DNA of 64,000 nucleotides from Rickettsiales bacterium (GTDB lineage Bacteria; Pseudomonadota; Alphaproteobacteria; Rs-D84): NCBI GenBank assembly GCA_031279085.1, contig JAITJD010000009.1, positions 23,763 to 87,762 of the forward strand, read 5' to 3'. Shown piece by piece: positions 58,042 to 64,000 of this stretch (position 1 is its first letter; each line of letters starts with the position of its first letter). The notes under the pieces were generated by a model. It saw only the letters and a program-made list of their open reading frames with translations, ran no database searches and was not told where the DNA came from. The position numbers and the translations under genes were made by a program.

Positions 58042-59394
58042 ATGTCCGTTAATGTTAAATTGATTGCTGAAACAAATGTCGCGCCTGGAATTCTGGCATC
58101 TCATGCCGCAAAAACTTGTTATGAGCCCGAAATCCCCGAACTGGGAAAGCTGATTGACGTCAAAGGGCGTTTATTCGACACCGGACATCACACCACTATT
58201 CAGCACAGCAATTTCACATTTGCAATTGACGGCATATCCGTATCAAGCGTTTGTTTCGGCTTGCATCTGGCCTCGCCGTATTACAATACAGACCAGCGTT
58301 CGGGCCGCTTTTCGAAAATGTACGACAATCCGGACATGGGCGCGGTAAAACAGCATCTGAAAGAATATTTCCCCGAACAAGACCTGGCCGCGGCATCCGA
58401 TTTTATTAAAAAAGGTTTGGATATATATGCCGGACACAAAGACTTTGTCACACAAATCGCGATAGAAAATATCAAGCAAGAACGTCCCTTCGCGTCTGAA
58501 AAATACATTAATGCAAACGCGCCCAAGCTGGCGCAGGAGCAACTGCGCATGTTTATACCGATGGTTGCGCCGACAGCGTTGGATTATTCCATAAACTTGT
58601 CCGCGTTGGCCGCATTGCATCGGACGACGTGGAATCCCGAGATGCGCGAGGTTGTCGCAAAAATGGTTTATGTTGTTGTCGAAAAATATCCCGAAATATC
58701 GTATATGTTCCAGGATGCGAAAAAATCAAGCAAGGATTGGTCGCCGCGCCTAGATTGCAATGATTCGCAATTGAAAGAAAAACCGGTGCTGCGTTTGCTG
58801 GATATTCGGTATGATGATGACGGCTTTGCGCCTGTCGATATGAAAGATATGGTGGACGCGTCTTATTTCTCGCCGGAATATATGAATAACACGCAGCAGC
58901 ATGTTATGACAGATGTTGAAATATCGTGCGCCACCATGGGTCAGGACCAGCGGCACAGGTCGATAAAACGCGGCAGTCCGGCGTTCACAGGTAATTTTTA
59001 TTTGCCGCCATTATTGAAAAAAGCTGGTCTTGCCAAAAAAGCGGCGGATTTTAACAAGCATTTTATCGCTCTGCGCTTGCAAATGCCGCCTGCGTTATGG
59101 ACAATGATCGCGCCTTATGGCGCCATGGTTCGTTATACAAAAGTGGCTGATCTGAACGCCTTGTTGCACGAGCAGGAAAAACGGACTTGCTGGTGCGCCC
59201 AGGAAGAGATTTATCATCTGGGAACAGGATTGCGCGAATCCTTGATAAATGAAATCGGCGCGGATTCCAAATTGGTGAAATCTTTGGCGCCGCATTGCTT
59301 CAAATATGGAAAGTGTTGCGAAGGACTGCGTTTTTGCGGCCGCGATATAACGGAAAGGCTGACCGAAAGATATTTCAGGGACCGCCAGATATAA
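58042..59394 (+). CDS. ThyX-family (flavin-dependent thymidylate synthase-like) protein, divergent and extended
   Basis: The N-terminal region aligns with the ThyX core: KLIAETN...AKTCYEP, GHHTTIQHSNFTFAIDGISVS, and SGRFS matching the ThyX Ser motif. The canonical RHR is replaced by GLHL. A roughly 250-aa C-terminal extension contains RHRSIKRGS. The ORF track begins at 57772, which would overlap the minus-strand gene; the start is placed here at the internal ATG at 58042 (alternative 57928). Confidence 0.5.
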   Translation: MSVNVKLIAETNVAPGILASHAAKTCYEPEIPELGKLIDVKGRLFDTGHHTTIQHSNFTFAIDGISVSSVCFGLHLASPYYNTDQRSGRFSKMYDNPDMGAVKQHLKEYFPEQDLAAASDFIKKGLDIYAGHKDFVTQIAIENIKQERPFASEKYINANAPKLAQEQLRMFIPMVAPTALDYSINLSALAALHRTTWNPEMREVVAKMVYVVVEKYPEISYMFQDAKKSSKDWSPRLDCNDSQLKEKPVLRLLDIRYDDDGFAPVDMKDMVDASYFSPEYMNNTQQHVMTDVEISCATMGQDQRHRSIKRGSPAFTGNFYLPPLLKKAGLAKKAADFNKHFIALRLQMPPALWTMIAPYGAMVRYTKVADLNALLHEQEKRTCWCAQEEIYHLGTGLRESLINEIGADSKLVKSLAPHCFKYGKCCEGLRFCGRDITERLTERYFRDRQI

Positions 59395-59520
59395 ACGGCA
59401 AGGCATGTTGCAAAAATTCCGGTTTTGCCGCCCGTTTCCTTTGTATTTATCCGGCGGCAAGTTCAGGTTCGATTGCGTATATCGGGAAAATCGTTGAATG
59501 TTGCGATGCGGACGGAATAT

Positions 59521-60546
59521 TTATTTCTTACGATGAAGCCGCAGCTGGCCGCAGGCGCTGCCGATATCGGTGCCGCGTTCGCGGCGGATTCGTGTGTGAA
59601 TTCCGTTTTTTATCAAAATGTCCTGGAATCTATGCACCGTGTTGCCGCTGGGGCTGGCGAATTCGCGCTCATTCACTGAATTCCATGGTATTAGGTTAAC
59701 CATGCAGTTGCGTCCGCGCAGCAGTCCGGTCAGTTCTTCGGCGGTTTCCGGCGAATCATTCACATTCGCCAGTAAAATGTATTCTATCATCAACTGACGG
59801 TTGTTTTTATCCGCGCATTCAAATGCAGCTGACAAAACCTCTGCAATCTTGTATTTGTTATTTATAGGCATAAGCTGCGCGCGCAGCTCATCATTCGGCG
59901 CATGCAGTGAAACCGCCAGGTTTATCGGCTGTCCCCAATCTGTCAGTTTCTTTATTCCCGGAACGATTCCGCAGGTTGAAACGGTTATCCGGCGCCAGCC
60001 GATGCCCAGTTCTTTATTTGCGCGTCCAATGAATTCGATCAGGTTTTCAGTGTTCTGCAAAGGCTCGCCCGTGCCCATGACGACGATATGCGACACATTT
60101 CCTGTATATTTTAATTGCCAATTGGCAATCAAGACCTGAGCATACATTTCGTCTGCGGTCAGGTTTCGTTTCAAGCCCAGCAAAGTGCTGGCGCAAAACT
60201 TGCAGCCCATGGCGCAGCCGGCCTGGCTGCTGACGCACACGCTGTTTCCGTAGCTGGTGCGCATAAGGACGCATTCTATTTGCTCGCCGTCTTGCAATTC
60301 CAGTAAAAACTTGGATGTTTGGCCATCTGAGGATTCAAGTTTTTTGATAATTCTGACAGGCAATGCGTCTGCGGCGCCGTCCAAATCGCGCCGCAAATCT
60401 TCGGGCAGGTTTTTCATAACGGAGAAATCCGGAGCGCCACGGTTCAGCCATTCGGAAATCTGCTTGGCGCGAAATCGCGGATGCCCCATGTCGGCTATAT
60501 ATTTTTCAAGCTCGGCAGGTGTAAGATTAAATAGAATCGGCTTCAT
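59521..60546 (-). CDS. rlmN: 23S rRNA/tRNA (adenine-C2)-methyltransferase RlmN (radical SAM)
   Basis: Radical-SAM cluster motif CAMGCKFC and RlmN-type flanking Cys residues, 341 aa. Confidence 0.9.
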   Translation of the reverse strand: MKPILFNLTPAELEKYIADMGHPRFRAKQISEWLNRGAPDFSVMKNLPEDLRRDLDGAADALPVRIIKKLESSDGQTSKFLLELQDGEQIECVLMRTSYGNSVCVSSQAGCAMGCKFCASTLLGLKRNLTADEMYAQVLIANWQLKYTGNVSHIVVMGTGEPLQNTENLIEFIGRANKELGIGWRRITVSTCGIVPGIKKLTDWGQPINLAVSLHAPNDELRAQLMPINNKYKIAEVLSAAFECADKNNRQLMIEYILLANVNDSPETAEELTGLLRGRNCMVNLIPWNSVNEREFASPSGNTVHRFQDILIKNGIHTRIRRERGTDIGSACGQLRLHRKK

Positions 60547-60552
60547 TTTGTT

Positions 60553-61380
60553 TCAGAAATCCGAGATTTTGTATTTGTCGTCGTTTATTACAATTACCGC
60601 TTTGCGCCGCAGCTGTTTCAGCTGCTGGTCTGCGGCGAACATTGCTTTTTTATAAATCGCGTTTTGCTTTATCATATCGTCGATTTTGCCATATTCTTTG
60701 GTTTTTTTTGCATCGCATACCAGCAGGACGGAATCGTCTTTGCGCGAAGACCATGTCAGCAGAGGCAGGGCGGCGATTCGCTCGCGTATGTCGGCCGACA
60801 GCTCGTACTGTGCGGCTACGAATTTCTGTGGCGCCCCGCCAAGACTTTCTGCCTGCTTTATGGCCTCGTCGCAATTTTTTGGCTTTGACAGCGCGGCCGC
60901 GGCATTCGCCGGAATGTCAACCAAGCGCACAATAGTCATCTCTATGGGCAGCCCGTGATTAATTTCCAGCTCTTGTTTTTCTTTGGCGATATCATCGCCT
61001 GACACATCGATTGTCGGAACCACCGTCCGCGCGATTACAATTTGCCAGGCGATATTTGCGGACACTGCGGTTTTTGCCATTGCGCGCTCAGTAGCCGACA
61101 GGTCGCCCAGATTCATCGATTTTAGCTCTTTGTCCAAGTCGGAGTCTGACGGCACCGCTCTGAAATTCGCGGCATATTCAAGCTTTATATGATCGTCGAT
61201 TATATTTTGAAGTGCTTTTCGGCGGTTGTCCGTTGAGATTTTTCCCTGTTTCGACATCAGGCTGACCCGCGCGTTTATGTCTGTGTCGGTAATCGGCTTG
61301 CCGCCGACAGTCGCGATGACTGACGCCGCATTCGCCGGAAGGCAAAAAACTAAAGAAATAAAGAATAAAAGCTTTTTCAT
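60553..61380 (-). CDS. SurA-like periplasmic chaperone (SurA N-terminal domain protein without an obvious PPIase domain)
   Basis: Signal peptide MKKLLFFISLVFCLPANA and an SurA N-domain-like helical sequence. It lies immediately downstream of lptD, as in lptD-surA operons. Confidence 0.55.
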   Translation of the reverse strand: MKKLLFFISLVFCLPANAASVIATVGGKPITDTDINARVSLMSKQGKISTDNRRKALQNIIDDHIKLEYAANFRAVPSDSDLDKELKSMNLGDLSATERAMAKTAVSANIAWQIVIARTVVPTIDVSGDDIAKEKQELEINHGLPIEMTIVRLVDIPANAAAALSKPKNCDEAIKQAESLGGAPQKFVAAQYELSADIRERIAALPLLTWSSRKDDSVLLVCDAKKTKEYGKIDDMIKQNAIYKKAMFAADQQLKQLRRKAVIVINDDKYKISDF

Positions 61381-61454
61381 TTTTCCTCCGAATTTTAAAT
61401 ATCACAAAGAAGTTTGAAAGCAAAGAATATTTATTCTTGATTCATTCTTCATTA

Positions 61455-63464
61455 TTATTTCATTTCATTCAAGTTCAGCCCAAAGCGAAACTGAAATGTG
61501 GTGTTTCCGACATAGTCGTCCTTCTTCGCGTTGTCGCGGCGGTATTCCAGCGACATGAAATAGCATGGGTGATTATAGAATATCCCGCCCGTGTGCCTTT
61601 GGAATCTGGTTTCGGTCATATTGTACACGGCGTTGAATTTTATCTCGACGCGCTGAGTTATCCCCAAGCCGAGTCCGGCGGAGAATTCGTGAATATTGTC
61701 GCCCAAAGTCACAACGTCTATAAACTGCCGCGCCCATATATGGCTGATGTTGAAATAATTCCGTTGTCCTCCGATAGCGGCGGCTGTTTCCAAATGGCGC
61801 AATGAGAAATTATCCTCCGCCAGTCTGAATCGTCCCGCCAGTTCCAGCCATTTGCTGTTTTTGTATTCGACGCGTCCGACATAATCGGAACGGCCGTTGT
61901 GAAATCCGCTGTTGGGGTCGGTGTCGGGCCGTTCGGTAAAGTCATAGGATTGGCCCGCGAATATTTCCAGATTATGCCCGCTGCCGTCAAATGCGGCCCA
62001 GCGCATCCCGTAATCAGCAAAAGTTCCGTTTTCCCACAAATCTAATCCTGAGAATCGGTTCTTGGAAAACAAAGTCGCGTCAGAAAGCAGTGTTCCGGCG
62101 GAATCATTATTCAATGCAAAAGCCGGTTCTGATGTGCCGAGCATGGCGGTAAGCCTTGCGCGCGGCTCTATCACATGCGTCCATTTTTGTCCGGCGCGCG
62201 CCAAGGGCAGCCCCCATTCCAAATAACCGCTTGGCAGAAAGCGAGTCTTTAATCCGGAAAAACCATTGCCGTCTATCATGACGGTATTGTCGAAATTGTA
62301 GATATCGTACCTTGCGGACGCGCTGGCGGTCATGCGCTGGCCGCCCCATAATGTCCAGGGCGATATTATTCCTGATTCGCCTATAATTCGCTGGCTGATG
62401 CTTGATTCTCCGGATATGCCCAGAATATCGGCGTTAAGAATGGCGTATGTTTCGCCGAATAGGGGGCTTGTCTGGTAATTTCCGCGGATGTTTGGCAGAA
62501 TATTGCCGCTTGGTATTGAAAAATGATTGCTGTTGCCGCGCAGTTCCTGGAATATGTGCGCGTCCGCGACGACATAGCCGGATTGTCCGAACAATTCGGC
62601 CTTGACGCCCGAATCCAAGTAGGGCTGATCGCCATAGAACCCGTATTTTTGCAAATATGTCTTGTCAGACGCGCGTTCCAGATAGATTGTCGCCTTGGCG
62701 TTTTCGCCCAGCTCTATCACATCGTCGTTAAAAATGTGCCATCGGTTTTCGCCGGCTTTGTTATGAGTGAAAGAACCGGATGTTCTGAATTCCGAATGCT
62801 TTTGGTTCAGACGATGCTCTAATTGAAACAAGGGGTTTTCTTTCGTAAGGTAAGACAATTTTAAAGTCATGTCATGCGTGTCGGACAAAGCTATGTAGAC
62901 CGGCAGGTTAAACTGAGTGCCCATATTGTTGGTTGAATTGATGTCGGGTATCAAAATCCCGCTTTTGCGCTTTACCGACGGATCCGGTATTGCAAAAAAC
63001 GGGACCCAAAACACAGGCAGTCCATAAGCCCACATTACCGGATTGTAAAACTTCATCATATGGCTTTCCATATTGTGGGATATTTTGGATGCGGATATTT
63101 CCCATGCGTTTCCGTACTCGTCGCAGCCATAGCATGCGGTGAACACGGCGTTTTTCGACACAGTGTTTTCATTTTTACGCACAACCTTGTCAGCGCTTAC
63201 ATGTATGTTTTTGCCAAGCCATAGCTCTATGTTTTGCCCGGCGGCGTCCGTGGCTTTATTGTTCAGATACAAATCATTCGCGATAATTTTCTGATTGGCT
63301 GTGTTTGATATTTCCGTTCTGCCTTTTGTCTGGATTGCCGCGGATTTTACATTATATTCTATTTTGGGTGCGCTGATGGTTTTTGCGGCCTGAATATCGA
63401 CAGCCTCTGCGACTAATGCGCAGGGATAAAGCAGAAAAAAAATATTCAGCAAAGTCTTTTTCAT
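61455..63464 (-). CDS. lptD: LPS-assembly outer membrane protein LptD
   Basis: Signal peptide MKKTLLNIFFLLYPCALVA (start placed at this ATG, plus-strand cat at 63462-63464; the ORF track begins 83 codons earlier). N-terminal OstA-like domain and a large C-terminal beta-barrel ending in an aromatic-rich segment. Confidence 0.8.
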   Translation of the reverse strand: MKKTLLNIFFLLYPCALVAEAVDIQAAKTISAPKIEYNVKSAAIQTKGRTEISNTANQKIIANDLYLNNKATDAAGQNIELWLGKNIHVSADKVVRKNENTVSKNAVFTACYGCDEYGNAWEISASKISHNMESHMMKFYNPVMWAYGLPVFWVPFFAIPDPSVKRKSGILIPDINSTNNMGTQFNLPVYIALSDTHDMTLKLSYLTKENPLFQLEHRLNQKHSEFRTSGSFTHNKAGENRWHIFNDDVIELGENAKATIYLERASDKTYLQKYGFYGDQPYLDSGVKAELFGQSGYVVADAHIFQELRGNSNHFSIPSGNILPNIRGNYQTSPLFGETYAILNADILGISGESSISQRIIGESGIISPWTLWGGQRMTASASARYDIYNFDNTVMIDGNGFSGLKTRFLPSGYLEWGLPLARAGQKWTHVIEPRARLTAMLGTSEPAFALNNDSAGTLLSDATLFSKNRFSGLDLWENGTFADYGMRWAAFDGSGHNLEIFAGQSYDFTERPDTDPNSGFHNGRSDYVGRVEYKNSKWLELAGRFRLAEDNFSLRHLETAAAIGGQRNYFNISHIWARQFIDVVTLGDNIHEFSAGLGLGITQRVEIKFNAVYNMTETRFQRHTGGIFYNHPCYFMSLEYRRDNAKKDDYVGNTTFQFRFGLNLNEMK

Positions 63465-64000
63465 TTTTTTAACAATATCGCCGCAATTCCGGCAAAAACA
63501 GATATTTGAGCGAAAGCCAGCAATCCCAGCTCCGTAATGCTTGTTATCATATTTGTCGCGGACATGAACAATGCCATTACCAAGGCCATTGAAGCGACGG
63601 CTATGGCCGGCGCAAAGCTGGCGCGCCTGCGAAGCAGAGATGAACGCAGCAGAATCACGGCGCAAAGCGCCGCCAGAATCAGATTCATCAGCGGGCTTAA
63701 AATGCGCGTGCATATTTCCGACAAGACAAGCTTATGCTGTTTCTTGGATTCGATTGCGGTGACGGATTTTAATAATTCGTATGTTGAAATCCGCCGCACT
63801 TTGAAAACGGATTCGCCGGCTTTGTCAGACACATTCAAATCCATATCAAAACTGTCAAAAGTCCCGACTGTCAAAGTATCCTCCTTGACATGCAGGTTTC
63901 CGTTGCTCATGACTATTGACAAGCCGCGCGCCGTCGCCACCAGCTTGCCTTTTTCTGCGAACACCGCAAGCCCGGATTTGGGATTGCGCGTGTCGGCCAG
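63461..64000 (-). CDS. lptG: LPS export ABC transporter permease (LptG/LptF family), C-terminal part; the N-terminus lies beyond the window end.
   Basis: The frame is open to position 64000. A periplasmic beta-jellyroll-like segment is followed by C-terminal TM helices (LMNLILAALCAVILL, AVASMALVMALFMS). There is a 4-nt overlap with the lptD start. Confidence 0.55.
   Translation of the reverse strand: MADTRNPKSGLAVFAEKGKLVATARGLSIVMSNGNLHVKEDTLTVGTFDSFDMDLNVSDKAGESVFKVRRISTYELLKSVTAIESKKQHKLVLSEICTRILSPLMNLILAALCAVILLRSSLLRRRASFAPAIAVASMALVMALFMSATNMITSITELGLLAFAQISVFAGIAAILLKK

Overview
This 64 kb window looks like chromosomal DNA from an alphaproteobacterium with a reduced, rearranged genome, possibly a Rickettsiales- or Holosporales-like intracellular lineage. 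Three observations support that guess: an SspB-alpha-like ClpX adaptor, a type-2 (eukaryote-like) IleRS HIGH-region, and conserved operons broken up (gidB-parAB without gidA or dnaA, recF orphaned, mreB separated from mreCD, rnpA-yidD without rpmH or yidC). Most of the window is dense housekeeping genes: ychF (partial), dnaG, topA, rodA-mrdA-mreD-mreC, rpmI-rplT, pheST, nth, ileS, mnmG, fabG-fabD, queH, metG, infC, a family-4 UDG, pal, gpsA, rsmG-parA-parB, recF, sspB, accBC, yidD-rnpA, mreB, xseB, mutS, truB-rpsO-pnp, ybaB, rlmN, a SurA-like gene, lptD and lptG (partial). There are four tRNAs (Val-GAC, Cys-GCA, Val-UAC, Val-CAC) and no rRNA, CRISPR array or recognisable IS element. The most interesting part is a roughly 10 kb block at about 33.2-43.1 kb, wedged between parB and a tRNA-Cys gene. 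It encodes a GNAT acetyltransferase, a cysteine-rich secreted protein and a four-gene TolC/MacA/split-MacB tripartite exporter operon. Divergently transcribed from the exporter is an 1188-aa protein with no signal peptide whose central region holds Gly/Ala-rich glycine-zipper transmembrane hairpins; I read it as a candidate pore-forming or membrane-inserting effector or toxin. A second eukaryote-like cysteine-rich secreted protein sits just past recF, behind a 320-nt structured leader whose terminator hairpin abuts the ribosome-binding site, suggesting an attenuator or riboswitch. Other items worth a look are an orphan VirB2/TrbC-like pilin candidate with a 24-codon micro-ORF, a divergent ThyX-like gene (RHR motif replaced) paired with a TrpF-like TIM-barrel gene, a 1 kb gene-free repeat-bearing region, and an AUU-initiated infC. 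All calls come from reading the translated sequence and the DNA by eye; no database searches were possible.
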